Origin: Candidatus Latescibacterota bacterium
Lineage (GTDB): Bacteria; Latescibacterota; UBA2968; UBA8231
DNA: 64,000 nucleotides
Assembly: GCA_965242865.1 (NCBI GenBank)
Contig: CBDETK010000013.1
Coordinates: 4,832,001 to 4,896,000, forward strand
Direction: 5' to 3'
Shown here piece after piece: positions 40,771 through 53,319 of the stretch (position 1 is its first letter; each line of letters opens with the position of its first letter). The notes beneath the pieces are model-generated. The model worked only from the letters and a program-made list of their open reading frames with translations, was not told the origin of the DNA and ran no database searches. A program made the position numbers and the translations under genes.

Positions 40771-42009
40771 TTAAAACTCGTCGTAGCGGATCATTTCCTC
40801 TTCAATGCCCAAATCGTCGAGCATCGCGAGCACGGCTTGGAGCATCAGCGGGGGGCCGCACATGTAGTACTCGACGTCTTCGGGGGCGGGATGGTCTTTG
40901 AGGTAATTCTCATGCACCACTTGGTGAATAAAGCCCACGTACCCGCCCCAATTGTCTTCTGGCCGCGGCTCGGACATGGCGATGTGGAAGGTGAAGTTGG
41001 GAAACTCCGCTTCGATTTTGCGGAAGTGGTCTTCGTAGAAGACCTCGTTGGGATTGCGCGCTCCGTACCAGTACGACACCTTGCGCCCGGTCTGGAGCGT
41101 GTGGAAAAGGTGGTATAGATGCGACCGCAACGGCGCCATGCCCGCGCCGCCGCCGATATAGACCATCTCGCGGTCGGTCTCTTGGATGAAAAATTCGCCG
41201 AAAGGCCCCGAGATCGTCACCTTGTCGCCCGGCTTGCGGCTGAACACATAAGAAGAGGCAATGCCGGGCGGCACAGCTGCCCAGCCGCCCTTTTCGCGAT
41301 CGGGCGGCGGGGTGGCGATGCGGATGTTGAGCATGATGATGTCGCCCTCGGCCGGGTGATTGGCCATTGAATAGGCGCGGAAGACAGGCTCGGTATTGAC
41401 GGCTTTGAAGTCCCAGACCTTGAAGCGGTCCCAATCGGGATGAAAGCGGTCCTCAATGCCCTCAAAGTCCTTGAAGTCGCACTCAAAGGGCGGCACTTCG
41501 ATCTGGATATAGCCGCCGGGCTGGAAATCCAGCGTTTCGCCGGCGGGGAGTTTGACGATAAACTCCTTTATGAAGGTCGCCACGTTGTCGTTGGAGACGA
41601 CTTCGCATTCCCACTTTTTGACCGAGAACACTTCGGGCGGCACCGCTATCTTCATGTCCTGCTTGACGTTGACTTGGCAGGAGAGCCGGACGCCCTCGCG
41701 CGCCTCGCGCTTGGTAATGTGGCTGGTCTCGGTCTGCAAAATATCGCCGCCGCCCTCGTAGATGTGTACCTTGCACTGGGCGCAGGTGCCGCCGCCGCCG
41801 CAGGCCGACGACACAAAGACCTTGTTGTCGGCCAGCACGTTGAGCAGCTTGCCCCCGGCCGGTACGGCGAGCGCCTTGCTCTCGTCGTCGTTGATGAGGA
41901 TCCGCACATCGCCGCTCGGCACCAGCCGGGAGCGGGCCACCAAGATGAGGGCCACCAAGGCCAGCACCACGCCCGTGAACATGCCAACGCCGGAAATAAT
42001 TTCAGTCAT
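40771..42009 (-). CDS. nqrF: Na+-translocating NADH:quinone reductase subunit F
   Basis: [27 protein letters not shown] and MCGPP. Confidence 0.97.
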   Translation of the reverse strand: MTEIISGVGMFTGVVLALVALILVARSRLVPSGDVRILINDDESKALAVPAGGKLLNVLADNKVFVSSACGGGGTCAQCKVHIYEGGGDILQTETSHITKREAREGVRLSCQVNVKQDMKIAVPPEVFSVKKWECEVVSNDNVATFIKEFIVKLPAGETLDFQPGGYIQIEVPPFECDFKDFEGIEDRFHPDWDRFKVWDFKAVNTEPVFRAYSMANHPAEGDIIMLNIRIATPPPDREKGGWAAVPPGIASSYVFSRKPGDKVTISGPFGEFFIQETDREMVYIGGGAGMAPLRSHLYHLFHTLQTGRKVSYWYGARNPNEVFYEDHFRKIEAEFPNFTFHIAMSEPRPEDNWGGYVGFIHQVVHENYLKDHPAPEDVEYYMCGPPLMLQAVLAMLDDLGIEEEMIRYDEF

Positions 42010-42025
42010 CAGATGCTCTTTTCTT

Positions 42026-42637
42026 TTAGAGCTGAATACCGGAAAAGGACATAAAGGCCAAAGACATCAGGCCCACCGTAATGAAGGTAATCCCGAGGCC
42101 GCGCAGCCCTGGGGGGACATCGCTGTACTTCATCTTCTCGCGGATGCCGGCCAGCGCGACGATGGCCAGCGCCCAGCCAAAGCCCGAGCCAAAGCCAAAG
42201 ACCACGCTCTCGCCCAAGTCGTAGTCGCGCTCGACCATGAACAGCGAACCGCCCAAGATGGCGCAGTTGACGGTGATCAAGGGCAGGAAAATTCCCAGCG
42301 CATTGTAGAGAGCCGGCACGAACTTGTCGAGAAACATCTCGAGGATCTGCACCATGGCGGCGATGATGCCGATGTAGCTAATCAGCCCCACAAAAGTCAG
42401 ATCGACCCCACTCAAGCCCGCCCACGCCAAGGCGTCCTCCTTGAGTAGGTACTGGTAGATTAGGTTGTTGGCTGGGACGGTAACCGTCTGCACCACGATT
42501 ACGGCGATCCCCAGCCCGAATGCGGTTTGCACCTCCTTGGAGACCGCCAGAAAAGTACACATCCCCAAAAAGAACGCGAGTGCCATGTTCTCGACGAACA
42601 CGGACTTCATGAATATGCTCAGATAGGCTTCGACCAT
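42026..42637 (-). CDS. nqrE: Na+-NQR subunit E
   Basis: [19 protein letters not shown] and [10 protein letters not shown]. Confidence 0.97.
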   Translation of the reverse strand: MVEAYLSIFMKSVFVENMALAFFLGMCTFLAVSKEVQTAFGLGIAVIVVQTVTVPANNLIYQYLLKEDALAWAGLSGVDLTFVGLISYIGIIAAMVQILEMFLDKFVPALYNALGIFLPLITVNCAILGGSLFMVERDYDLGESVVFGFGSGFGWALAIVALAGIREKMKYSDVPPGLRGLGITFITVGLMSLAFMSFSGIQL

Positions 42638-42643
42638 GTTTGA

Positions 42644-43267
42644 TTATTCCTCCTCGACCTGCTCGCTCTTCCAGCTCCTGAGTGCCCAGATAAATAAGCC
42701 AATGATGAAAAACGCGCTCGGCGGCAAGAGCATCAGCCCGTTGGGCGCGTACCAACCGCCCTCGGCTGCCAAGGCGAACATTTGGACGCCAAACAGCGAC
42801 CCCGACCCGAATAGCTCGCGCAACACGCCGACGACCATCAAGATGACGCTGTAACCCAAGGCGTTGCCCAAGCCGTCGAGAAAGCTCAGCCCGGGGCCGT
42901 TCTGCGAGGCGAACGCCTCGGCGCGCCCCATGATGATGCAGTTGGTGATGATCAGGCCGACGAAAACCGAGAGCTGTTTGCTGATCTCAAAGGCATAGGC
43001 GCGCAGGAACTGATCGACGATGATCACCAGCGAGGCGATGATCGTCATCTGCACGATGATGCGGATGTTGGCGGGGATAAAGTTGCGGATCACGCTGACG
43101 GCCATGTTGGAACAACAGAGCACAAAAATGACCGCCAAGCACATGGTGACGGTGGTCTCCAACTTGGTCGTCACCGCCAGTGCCGAGCATATCCCAAGGC
43201 TCAGCAAGGCAATGGGATTGGAGTCAAAGAGCGGCCTAAAGAGGACGTCTCGCGGTTTGTCAGCCAT
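42644..43267 (-). CDS. nqrD: Na+-NQR subunit D
   Basis: [10 protein letters not shown] and [16 protein letters not shown]. Confidence 0.97.
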   Translation of the reverse strand: MADKPRDVLFRPLFDSNPIALLSLGICSALAVTTKLETTVTMCLAVIFVLCCSNMAVSVIRNFIPANIRIIVQMTIIASLVIIVDQFLRAYAFEISKQLSVFVGLIITNCIIMGRAEAFASQNGPGLSFLDGLGNALGYSVILMVVGVLRELFGSGSLFGVQMFALAAEGGWYAPNGLMLLPPSAFFIIGLFIWALRSWKSEQVEEE

Positions 43268-44059
43268 TTAACTAACTCCTCGTTCTTTGAGCTTGGCCAG
43301 ATACGGCCCAAAGGCTTGCGCCCCCAGCCAGTAGCGCAGCATGTCCCGGACGCCGCGCGAGGTAATAGTGGCACCCGACAGGCCATCGACCTGATACTGG
43401 GCTTCGGGCCGGCCCGAGACGACTTTGCCCCGGATCACCTCGATGCGCACGGCGCCGCTTTCGTCGAAAGCCTTTTTGCCGTCCCACAGGGCCTTCCAAC
43501 TGGGGTTATCGACCTCGCCGCCCAAGCCCGGGGTCTCGGCGTGTTCGTAGTAAACCAGCCCGCGAATGGTGTTGAGGTCTCTGGCGTCGAGGGCCACAAA
43601 CCCATAGAGCGTTGACCACAGCCCTAAGCCGTGGACGGGCAGGATGACTTTTTTGATTTGGCCCTTTTGCGACACCATGTAAACCGAAGCATGGAGCGCC
43701 CGGCGCTTGACGTTGGCAATATCTACCTTGGCCGGGACCGGCTCGCTTTGCGCCGGGTCTTTGGCCGCCCGCCGCTGGTCGTAGGCAATCGGGTCAACGC
43801 CATCGACGTATTCCCCGCTCGCCAAATCGACGACGCGGGGATTTATGTTCGCGTACAACTCCTCGATCCGCTCGCCATCGGCGCCCTCGCCGGACTTTAG
43901 CAGGCCAGCGGCCATTAGAATGTTGCGCTTTTTGTCGAGCGTCTTGTTGATGGCTTGGGTCGGCCGCAGCGACACGGCCGCGGCCGATACCAGCACGGAG
44001 CAGACCAAGCACACGCCGAGGGCCACGCCGAAGGTTCTACCCACTGAATCGTTCGCCAC
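43268..44059 (-). CDS. nqrC: Na+-NQR subunit C
   Basis: GLWSTLYG, ETPGLGGEV and FMN site DGLSGAT. Confidence 0.97.
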   Translation of the reverse strand: MANDSVGRTFGVALGVCLVCSVLVSAAAVSLRPTQAINKTLDKKRNILMAAGLLKSGEGADGERIEELYANINPRVVDLASGEYVDGVDPIAYDQRRAAKDPAQSEPVPAKVDIANVKRRALHASVYMVSQKGQIKKVILPVHGLGLWSTLYGFVALDARDLNTIRGLVYYEHAETPGLGGEVDNPSWKALWDGKKAFDESGAVRIEVIRGKVVSGRPEAQYQVDGLSGATITSRGVRDMLRYWLGAQAFGPYLAKLKERGVS

Positions 44060-44071
44060 GTTGTCTCTCTC

Positions 44072-45289
44072 CTACGCGCTGACCGCCGTACGGGCCAGCC
44101 GGCGCTTGATGTTGGCTTGCATTACCACGTGATCGATCGCCGGCGCAAAGACATTGCCAAAGAGAATGGCCAGCATTACGCCCTCGGGAAAGGCCGGATT
44201 GATCACGCGAATCAGCACGGTCATAAAGCCGATGAGGGCTCCGTACGCCCACCGGCCGGCCGGGGTCATGGACGCGGACACCGGGTCTGTGGCCATATAG
44301 ACACAGCCAAAGGCATATCCTCCCAGCACCAAGTGCCAGCTCGCGTCCATCTCGAACATCGGGTTGGTGTCGCTGCCCATGGCGTGGAGCAACTCGGCGC
44401 AGACGACCGTAGCGGCCGTCATGCTGGCGATGATTTGCCAAGAGCCGACTCTAGTCGCGATGAGGATGGCGGCGCCGAGTACGCAGGCTAGGGTGGATGT
44501 TTCGCCCATGGACCCGGGGATCGCGCCCAAGAAGGCCTGCGTCCAAGTCACCGCACCGGTGACGGCCGCCATGCCGTCGGCCGCGGCCGCCCCCAGCGGG
44601 GTCGCATGGGTAAAGCCGTCGGCCGCGACCCAGACCGCGTCGCCGGTGATTTCGGCCGGATACGCAAAATAGAGGAAGGCCCGGCCAGTCAGGGCTGGAT
44701 TGAGAAAGTTTTTGCCGGTGCCGCCGAAGACCTCCTTGCCCAACACCACGCCAAAGCTAATGCCGATGGCCACCTGCCACAGGGGGATCGTCGGCGGCAG
44801 GGTCAAGGGAAAGAGCATGCCCGTGACCAAGAAGCCTTCGTTGATCTCGTGCTTGCGAACCATTGCGAAAAGCCCCTCCCACAGCCCGCCCACCATGTTG
44901 CACACCAAAAAGACTGGAAAAAAATAGAGGAAGCCGTGGAATACATTGGCCAGCGCATTGCTGGGATTGTAGCCTATGCCGAGGATGTCGATGATGATCC
45001 CGCGCCATTCGCCCGTTGTGGCGGCCCCCATCTGCTGCATGGCCAGATTGATCTGATACCCCGTGTTCCACATCGCCATGAAGATGCAGGGCACGAGCGC
45101 GGCGACGACCGTGATCATGGTGCGCTTGAGGTCAATGCTGTCGCGCACGTGCGTCGGCCCCTCGGTGACGCGACCGGGCGTGTATAAAAATGTATCGGCG
45201 GCCTCATAGAGAGCGTAGAATTTTTCCAGCCGCCCGCCCTGGTGGAAAAGAGGCTCGGCTTGGTCGAGCAGATCTCGCAACACCTTCAT
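44072..45289 (-). CDS. nqrB: Na+-NQR subunit B
   Basis: [35 protein letters not shown] and MATDPVS. Confidence 0.97.
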   Translation of the reverse strand: MKVLRDLLDQAEPLFHQGGRLEKFYALYEAADTFLYTPGRVTEGPTHVRDSIDLKRTMITVVAALVPCIFMAMWNTGYQINLAMQQMGAATTGEWRGIIIDILGIGYNPSNALANVFHGFLYFFPVFLVCNMVGGLWEGLFAMVRKHEINEGFLVTGMLFPLTLPPTIPLWQVAIGISFGVVLGKEVFGGTGKNFLNPALTGRAFLYFAYPAEITGDAVWVAADGFTHATPLGAAAADGMAAVTGAVTWTQAFLGAIPGSMGETSTLACVLGAAILIATRVGSWQIIASMTAATVVCAELLHAMGSDTNPMFEMDASWHLVLGGYAFGCVYMATDPVSASMTPAGRWAYGALIGFMTVLIRVINPAFPEGVMLAILFGNVFAPAIDHVVMQANIKRRLARTAVSA

Positions 45290-45298
45290 TGAATGCGT

Positions 45299-46666
<1,368 letters not shown>

Positions 46667-46843
46667 TCAGAATAAAAGCCAACGAGCGCGATGGAGCAAG
46701 CTATAATGTGCGGAAATCGCGCTCCGGTCCAACTTGCCAAGCCGGGCAAAACCTCGGATTTTAGGCGAGCCGGCGCGACCAAACACGCACGCGCCCCAAA
46801 GCCCTAGCCGCTTGGTACACCCTAAGCGAAGGAGACGCACCCC

Positions 46844-47836
46844 ATGAGCCTGACGCGCGAGGAAATTGTCGCCCTCTACAAAAGCCCCGTACTCGACCTC
46901 GCGTACCGCGCCGCGACCGTTCACCGGGCACACCACGATCCCCGGCAAGTACAGGTCTGCACCCTGCTTTCGATCAAGACCGGCGGCTGTCCCGAAAATT
47001 GCAGCTATTGCTCCCAGTCGGCCCATTTCGATACGGGCCTCAAACGCCAAGAATTGCTGTCCTTGGCGGCCGTGCGCACAGCGGCCGAGCGCGCCGCGGC
47101 GGCCGGCAGTACGCGCTTCTGCATGGGCGCGGCTTGGCGTCAAGTCCGCGACGGCACGGAATTCGACCGCGTGTTGGACATGGTGCGGGCGGTCGCGGCC
47201 ACCGGCATGGAAGTCTGCTGCACGTTGGGCATGCTCAACGCCGACCAAGCCCGCCGCTTGCGAGAAGCCGGCCTCCACGCGTACAACCACAACTTGGACA
47301 CCGGAGAAAACTACTATTCCGAAATCGTCTCCACTCGCACCTATCGCGACCGCCTCGAAACCTTGGGCCATGTCGGCCGGGCCGGAATATCGGTCTGCTG
47401 CGGCGGCATCTTGGGCATGGGCGAAAGCGAGGCGGACCGCATCGACTTGCTCTGCGCGCTCTTGCAACTGCCAACGCCGCCGGAGTCCATCCCGGTCAAC
47501 GCCCTAGTACCCATCGCCGGTACGCCCCTAGGCGACCGCGAAACAGTGTCCGCGTGGGAACTCATCCGCACCATCGCCTGCGCTCGCATCCTCTTTCCCC
47601 AAGCCATGGTGCGCCTCTCTGCGGGCCGCGACCAACTCTCGACAGCCGAACAAGCCCTGTGCTTTTTGGCTGGGGCCAACTCCATCTTCTCGGGCGACCG
47701 CCTTTTGACGACGCCCCACCCCGGCACCGACGCGGACCAAGCCCTCTTTGACCTTCTCGGCCTAGAAGCGCGGCTCCCGCACCGGGCTTCAGAGCGCGTC
47801 GAGCAGCTCGCAGAGGCAGTCGTAGATCGAAGCTAG
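46844..47836 (+). CDS. bioB: Biotin synthase
   Basis: CPENCSYC radical SAM motif, RFCMGAAW, YNHNLDT and RLSAGR. Confidence 0.97.
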   Translation: MSLTREEIVALYKSPVLDLAYRAATVHRAHHDPRQVQVCTLLSIKTGGCPENCSYCSQSAHFDTGLKRQELLSLAAVRTAAERAAAAGSTRFCMGAAWRQVRDGTEFDRVLDMVRAVAATGMEVCCTLGMLNADQARRLREAGLHAYNHNLDTGENYYSEIVSTRTYRDRLETLGHVGRAGISVCCGGILGMGESEADRIDLLCALLQLPTPPESIPVNALVPIAGTPLGDRETVSAWELIRTIACARILFPQAMVRLSAGRDQLSTAEQALCFLAGANSIFSGDRLLTTPHPGTDADQALFDLLGLEARLPHRASERVEQLAEAVVDRS

Positions 47837-49075
47837 CTGGGGCCGCTCCATGCAGTAGGGTGGCAGCACGTACACGCTATTGCCCAAGGGCCGCAGCAGG
47901 AATCCCCGCGCCAAAAATTGCTCCCTCAGCAGCGGTCCCACCTCGTGCAGGTAGCCTTCCGCGCCCTCGGCTACCACGTCCGCGGCCACAATCGTACCGC
48001 ACACCCGCACCCGCTTGAGCCGCTGGTGGCCGCGCAACCGCGCCGCTTCCTCGCGCTGCCAAGCCGCTAGCCAGCGGAAAGGCTCGTTGGCGAGCAAATC
48101 CAGCGAGGCCAGCGCGGCCGCGCACCCGAGCGGATTGGCCGTATAGGAGTGCCCGTGATAAAAGGCTTTAGTGGGATCGTCGCGATAGAAGGCCGAGAAA
48201 ATCCGCTCGCTGCAAACCGTGGCCGCCAGCGGCAGAAAGCCCCCGGTCAGCCCCTTGGCCAAGCAGATGAGGTCGGGTTGGGTCGCGGCTTGCTCGCAGG
48301 CGAAGAGCGTCCCGGTGCGCCCAAACCCAGTTAGCACCTCGTCGTAGATCGCCAACACATCCCATTGGCACAACAGGGCCTGCACAGCCGCGAGAAAGTG
48401 CGGGCGGCACATCCGCATGCCCCCCGCGCCCTGTACCAGCGGCTCTAGTATCATGGCCGCGTACTGGCCGGGCCGGTGCTCCAGCAGCTCCTCCAGCCGG
48501 GCCAGTGCCCGCGCCTCTTTGGCCTCTACCTCCTCATCGCCGGCCCAGGTGGCCGGAAAGGGCACGGCGTCGGCCGGAAAAAGCAGGTCGGCAAAAGGGC
48601 GCGTAAAAAGCGAGCGTTCCCCCACGGACATCGCCCCGAGCGTGTCGCCGTGATAGGCCCCCTCCAAGCGCAAAAAGCGCGTGCGCGTGTGCTCGCCTTG
48701 GTTGTGCCAAAACTGATAGGCCAGTTTGAGCGCGACTTCCACGGCTGTCGAGCCATCGTCCGAGTAGAAAACCCACTTTAGCGGCGCGGGCAGGGCCTCC
48801 GCCAGCCGCCGGGCTAGCTCCTCGGCCGGGCGATGGGTAAATCCGGCCGCGATGACCTGTTCCAGCTCTTGGGCCTGCGCGGCCACGGCCGCGGCGATCT
48901 CGGGCTGGCCGTGGCCGTGCAAGGTCACCCACCAGCTCGAAATGCAGTCGAGGATCGGCCGCCCATCCTCTAGCGTTAGCATGGCCCCGCGCCCCGTGCG
49001 CACCGGCTGCACTGGCCGGGCCGCCTTCATTTGGGTAAAAGGCGACCACACGTGGGAAGCAACGCGCTCAGCCAC
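47789..49075 (-). CDS. bioA: DAPA aminotransferase
   Basis: WSPFTQM, SSWWV, YHGDT, QGAGGM, AKGLTGG and HGHSYTANP. GTG start overlaps the bioD stop. Confidence 0.95.
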   Translation of the reverse strand: MAERVASHVWSPFTQMKAARPVQPVRTGRGAMLTLEDGRPILDCISSWWVTLHGHGQPEIAAAVAAQAQELEQVIAAGFTHRPAEELARRLAEALPAPLKWVFYSDDGSTAVEVALKLAYQFWHNQGEHTRTRFLRLEGAYHGDTLGAMSVGERSLFTRPFADLLFPADAVPFPATWAGDEEVEAKEARALARLEELLEHRPGQYAAMILEPLVQGAGGMRMCRPHFLAAVQALLCQWDVLAIYDEVLTGFGRTGTLFACEQAATQPDLICLAKGLTGGFLPLAATVCSERIFSAFYRDDPTKAFYHGHSYTANPLGCAAALASLDLLANEPFRWLAAWQREEAARLRGHQRLKRVRVCGTIVAADVVAEGAEGYLHEVGPLLREQFLARGFLLRPLGNSVYVLPPYCMERPQLASIYDCLCELLDAL

Positions 49076-49691
49076 GACGGCCAAAATAGCGGGCGAACAG
49101 CGCCCGGACGTTGGTGGGCGACAGTGCGACCCGGCGGTCGAGGGTGGCCAGCACCGACACTTGTCCATAGTGGGCAATGGCGCGGCAATTGGCTGGATTG
49201 GGCGGGCCGTTGACCACCACGCCCACGAGCGGGCAACCGTTGCGGCGCAGTTGAGCGAGCGTCAACAGCGTGTGATTGATGGTGCCCAATTCGCTGTGCG
49301 CCACCACCAGCACTGGCAACCCCAGCGCGGCCATCAGATCGATCATCAGGTGCCGGTCGTCGAGCGGGACCATCACGCCGCCCGCCCCTTCGACGATCAA
49401 ACGCGACCGCTTGGGCAGGGCGAAGCGGCTCATCTCGATCTGCACACCTTGGCGTCGGGCCGCCTCGTGCGGCGACAGGGGGGTGCGCAAGCGATAGGTC
49501 TCCGGCAGGACGCGCTCGGCCGGCAGGCCGGCGACGCGCCGCACCCAATCGGCGTCCGCAGCGGTTCCGGTTTGCACGGGCTTCCAATAGGCGGCCTCCA
49601 GCCCCACCGCGAGCAAGGCCGAGACATAGGATTTGCCGACGCCCGTGTCCGTCCCGGTGACGAACAAGCGCGCGGGGAGCTCAGCCGCCAC
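49068..49691 (-). CDS. bioD: Dethiobiotin synthetase
   Basis: TGTDTGVGKS, WKPVQTG, VEGAGG and LGTINH. Confidence 0.95.
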   Translation of the reverse strand: MAAELPARLFVTGTDTGVGKSYVSALLAVGLEAAYWKPVQTGTAADADWVRRVAGLPAERVLPETYRLRTPLSPHEAARRQGVQIEMSRFALPKRSRLIVEGAGGVMVPLDDRHLMIDLMAALGLPVLVVAHSELGTINHTLLTLAQLRRNGCPLVGVVVNGPPNPANCRAIAHYGQVSVLATLDRRVALSPTNVRALFARYFGRRG

Positions 49692-50487
49692 GGCCCCCCG
49701 CTTTCTCGACCGCTAGATAGTGAATGGCGCAGGTGATCTCCACGCCGTTGGGACAATCGCGATCCCAGCCGCGCACGAGCCGGCGCAAGTGCGCCGGGCC
49801 GAGGGATCGCGGTCGCATCGGTGCTTGGGCCCCCGTGCGCTTGAGGTGGCGCAAGAAGTCGTGCGCGGTGGGGAAGCGCAGCGCGAGCGTTTGTTCCCAT
49901 TGGCGCACTGCGACTGGTTCGGCCGCGAATGCGCCGGCCACGGCTGCCAAGGCGGGCAAGGGGTTGGCGCTGCAGGGGACGCCTTGGCGTGCACATTGGC
50001 GGTGCCATTCGGCGTATGAACCCATCCCCGGATAGGAGCAGAGCAATTGCCCGCCGGGTTTGAGCGCGGCCAGCAGGTGCCTCAGCCCAGCGGGCAAATC
50101 GGCAAACCACTGAACCACAAAACTGGCGCAGATCAAGGCGTAGCGTCCCTCGCTTCTTAGTTGCTCCCCATCCAAGACCCGATAGCGGAGGTCTGGATGG
50201 GCGACTTGGGCGGCCATTTTTTGCCGACAATGCGCGACCATGGCCGGCGCGAGGTCGGTCAGCTCCAACCGACGCTTGGGGAAGAGCGCGGCCAAGGACG
50301 CACTCAAAAAGCCCGTGCCGCAGCCGATTTCGAGCACCGGGCCTTCTACTAGGTCGCTGGCGCACTCGGCCGCGCATTGAGCCAACGCGGCCGCGCCCAC
50401 GCGCTGCTCCTCGGCGTGGCAATCGTACGTCGAGGAGCAGCGGGAGAACTTCTCCACGACGCGGGCCTTAAAACTCGCTTCCGTCAT
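49681..50487 (-). CDS. bioC: Malonyl-ACP O-methyltransferase
   Basis: FSR...YD..A..Q, LEIGCGTG, VQW and LKRTGA, plus cluster position. Confidence 0.85.
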   Translation of the reverse strand: MTEASFKARVVEKFSRCSSTYDCHAEEQRVGAAALAQCAAECASDLVEGPVLEIGCGTGFLSASLAALFPKRRLELTDLAPAMVAHCRQKMAAQVAHPDLRYRVLDGEQLRSEGRYALICASFVVQWFADLPAGLRHLLAALKPGGQLLCSYPGMGSYAEWHRQCARQGVPCSANPLPALAAVAGAFAAEPVAVRQWEQTLALRFPTAHDFLRHLKRTGAQAPMRPRSLGPAHLRRLVRGWDRDCPNGVEITCAIHYLAVEKAGGRGG

Positions 50488-51143
50488 ACCGGCTGCATCC
50501 CGCGCCAAGCCCGTTCAACGCGCTCCCAACACGCCCTCGGATGCGTCAGGGGCAGCGCGTGACCGGCCTCCGCCACGATAGCCAGCACACTATTGGGCCG
50601 CAACGCGCTCAGTTCTTCGGCCCGCTCTACGGGCACTACGCGGTCGCGGCGGCCGTGCAAAATGAGCACCCGCGTAGCGGCCGGTATTGCGGCTAGCTCC
50701 AACGCGCTCTCCTGCAATAGCTGCAAATCGCGGCGCAAGCTCGCGACGTCAATGGCCCCGGGCCAGCGGCTGTCTGGCGGCACTCCACAGCGGGCGTAAA
50801 AATCGGCCAATAAGGCCGCTGGTTCGCGCTCCAAGCGCGCCAGCATCTGCGCGACCGTGCGGCGCGACCGGGCGACGCGCCGGGCGCATGGCGCGTGAAA
50901 GTGGCGAAAGCCGCTGAGGATCGCGATCAACTCGGCCCCCCAGATCCGGGGCGGCAACAGGTGCAAGCCGAGAGAGTGCGCCAAGACAATGCGCGGCCGG
51001 ACCGCGACCGTGGCGACCGGGCCGAAGTACCCTCGGTCTGGGCAGTGCAGCGCAAAGCCGGCGGGCAAGATCGCCCGCCAGCGATCCCAGCATCCCGCAC
51101 CAAACCCCCAGCCGTGTTGCGCGACCACGTCAACGACGGCCAT
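50484..51143 (-). CDS. Pimeloyl-ACP methyl ester esterase (BioH/BioK-like alpha/beta hydrolase)
   Basis: HGWG, AHSLG nucleophile elbow, HGRRDRVV and GHALP. Lies between bioF and bioC. Confidence 0.8.
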   Translation of the reverse strand: MAVVDVVAQHGWGFGAGCWDRWRAILPAGFALHCPDRGYFGPVATVAVRPRIVLAHSLGLHLLPPRIWGAELIAILSGFRHFHAPCARRVARSRRTVAQMLARLEREPAALLADFYARCGVPPDSRWPGAIDVASLRRDLQLLQESALELAAIPAATRVLILHGRRDRVVPVERAEELSALRPNSVLAIVAEAGHALPLTHPRACWERVERAWRGMQPV

Positions 51144-52293
51144 CGCGCCACCGCTGGAGCAGTTCGACCAGCCTATCGAGGTCGCTCGGCTGGTGTAGGG
51201 CGCTGAGTGCCAAGCGCACCCGCGCCCGGCCCGGCTCGACTGTGGGCGGGCGAATGGCCACGGCGAGGACGCCGTTTTCTTCTAGATAGGCGTTCAGGGC
51301 CAACGCTTCGCCCTCCGCGCCCACCATCAGCGGCACGATCTGCGCGGTGGCCGCCCCGGTATCCCAGCCTTGCGCCCGCAACGCATTGCGCAAGTACTGG
51401 GCGTGAGCGAGCAAGGTTTGGCGCTGGGCGTCCATTTGCGGCACCAGCTCTAGGGCCGCATCGACCGCGCCCAAAACGGCCGGCGGCAGCGCGGTCGTGT
51501 AGATGAACCCCGGGCAGCAGTTGACCAAGTACTCCCACAACTTCTCGCCGCAGGCCACGTACGCCCCAAAAGACCCCAGAGCCTTGCCAAAGGTGCCGAC
51601 GCATAGATCCACGGCCTTGCCGCACGTCAGCCCCATTCCCCGCTCGCCCAACACGCCCGTGGCGTGTGCTTCGTCGATGACCAGCAGTGCGTCGAACGCT
51701 GCGGCCAATTCGACGAGCGCGTCGATGTCGCTGACGTCGCCGTCCATGCTAAACACCGATTCGGTGACGATCACCCGGCGCGAGTGCGTCGCCGCGCTTT
51801 CGGCCAGCAGGGTGCCCAGGTGATCCAAGTCGCCGTGGCGGTAGCGCCGCACCCGACAGCGCCCCAAAATTGCCCCTTGCACCAAGCTGTTGTGGCAGCG
51901 CCGGTCGAGCAAGATGAGGGCGCGCCGATCGACCAGTGCCGGCAGCAGCGAAACATTGGCCTGATAGCCCGAATTGAGCACCAGCGCCCGCTCGGTCTGC
52001 TTGAGCTTGGCCAAGGTCTGCTCCACTTGGGCAAAGCCCGGCTGAGAGCCACAAACCAAGCGCGCGGCCCCGGCCCCGGCCCCGTAGTGCTCGACGAACT
52101 CAATGGCCCGCGCCCGGACGAGCGGGTGCGACGCCAAGCCGAGGTAATCGTTGGAGCTAAAATTGACCAGTTCGCGGCCCTGCGCTCGCACTCGCGCCCG
52201 GCCGGCCGGAGCCCAAGTCCGTAGCGACCGCAGCTGCCCGGCCTGTTGCCGCCGCGCCAATTCGGCGCGCATAAAGTCGAATTTTGTCTGCAT
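51130..52293 (-). CDS. bioF: 8-amino-7-oxononanoate synthase
   Basis: FSSNDYLGL, ESVFSMDGD, DEAH, GTFGKALG and IRPPTV. Confidence 0.95.
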   Translation of the reverse strand: MQTKFDFMRAELARRQQAGQLRSLRTWAPAGRARVRAQGRELVNFSSNDYLGLASHPLVRARAIEFVEHYGAGAGAARLVCGSQPGFAQVEQTLAKLKQTERALVLNSGYQANVSLLPALVDRRALILLDRRCHNSLVQGAILGRCRVRRYRHGDLDHLGTLLAESAATHSRRVIVTESVFSMDGDVSDIDALVELAAAFDALLVIDEAHATGVLGERGMGLTCGKAVDLCVGTFGKALGSFGAYVACGEKLWEYLVNCCPGFIYTTALPPAVLGAVDAALELVPQMDAQRQTLLAHAQYLRNALRAQGWDTGAATAQIVPLMVGAEGEALALNAYLEENGVLAVAIRPPTVEPGRARVRLALSALHQPSDLDRLVELLQRWRDGRR

Positions 52294-52346
52294 AACGTGA
52301 AGCTGTGGCAAATGATTCGCCCAAGCAAGGTAAGCCGCCTACGGGC

Positions 52347-52375
52347 TTGCCGCACGAGGTGCGTTGGTCTATACT
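52347..52375 (+). promoter_or_regulatory. Sigma70 promoter candidate for panB
   Basis: TTGCCG-N17-TATACT. Confidence 0.55.
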
Positions 52376-52403
52376 ATCGCCGTGAACTTGCTCCTCCGCT
52401 GCC

Positions 52404-53297
52404 ATGGCGACGACCCATAAAATCACTGTTTCTTCGCTCCAGGCCAAAAAGGAGCGGGGCCAGCAGATCTGCATGCTGACGGCCTACGACTACCCCACGG
52501 CTGCGCTGCAAGACGAAGCCGGCCTCGACGTGATCTTGGTCGGCGACTCAGTGGGAACCAACGTCTTGGGCTATCGCGGCCCGCAGCAGGTGACCATGGA
52601 CGACATCCTCCACCACCTGCGGGCGGTGCGCCGGGCGGTGCGCCGGGCCTTTCTCCTCGCCGACCTGCCCTTCATGTCCTTTCAGCCCTCGGTCGAGACC
52701 GCGGTCCAAAACGCCGGGCGTCTAGTCCAAGAAGGCGGAGCCGAAGGCGTCAAACTAGAGGGCGGTCGGCCGGTTTTGCCGCAGTTAAAAGCCATTGTGG
52801 AGGCTGGCGTTCCGGTCGTCGGCCACCTCGGGTTTACCCCGCAGTCCCAAGCCCGCGAGTTCTACCTGTTCAGCGACCGGCGCGGCACTGTGCCCAAGTT
52901 TCACGGCAAGGGGCCGAAGGGGGCCAAAGCCCTCGTCGAGCACGCCCTGCGCCTAGAGGACGCCGGCGCGTTTGCCTTAGTCCTAGAGATGGTCACAGAA
53001 GAAGCCGCCCAAGCCGTGGCCGAGCGGCTCAAAATTCCGGTCGTCGGCATTGGCGCGGGCCGCTATTGCGACGGCCAAGTGCTCATAGTCCACGATCTCG
53101 TCGGCCTCAACCAAGAAGCCTTAATCCTCACCAAAGCCTACGGCCAAACGCGCCAAGTTTGGGTCGAAATGTTCAAAACCTACTGCCGCGAAGTCGCCGA
53201 AGGCCGCTTTCCCACGGCCGAAAACACCGCGCACATGGCCCCGGAAAAACGCGCCCGCTTAGACCAACTGCTCAGCGATGGCGGCCCGAATCGCTGA
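52404..53297 (+). CDS. panB: 3-methyl-2-oxobutanoate hydroxymethyltransferase
   Basis: MLTAYD, LVGDS, VKLEGG, GHLGFTPQ and GIGAG..CDGQVL. Confidence 0.93.
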   Translation: MATTHKITVSSLQAKKERGQQICMLTAYDYPTAALQDEAGLDVILVGDSVGTNVLGYRGPQQVTMDDILHHLRAVRRAVRRAFLLADLPFMSFQPSVETAVQNAGRLVQEGGAEGVKLEGGRPVLPQLKAIVEAGVPVVGHLGFTPQSQAREFYLFSDRRGTVPKFHGKGPKGAKALVEHALRLEDAGAFALVLEMVTEEAAQAVAERLKIPVVGIGAGRYCDGQVLIVHDLVGLNQEALILTKAYGQTRQVWVEMFKTYCREVAEGRFPTAENTAHMAPEKRARLDQLLSDGGPNR

Positions 53298-53319
53298 GCC
53301 TTCGAGAGGAAAATTTCTC

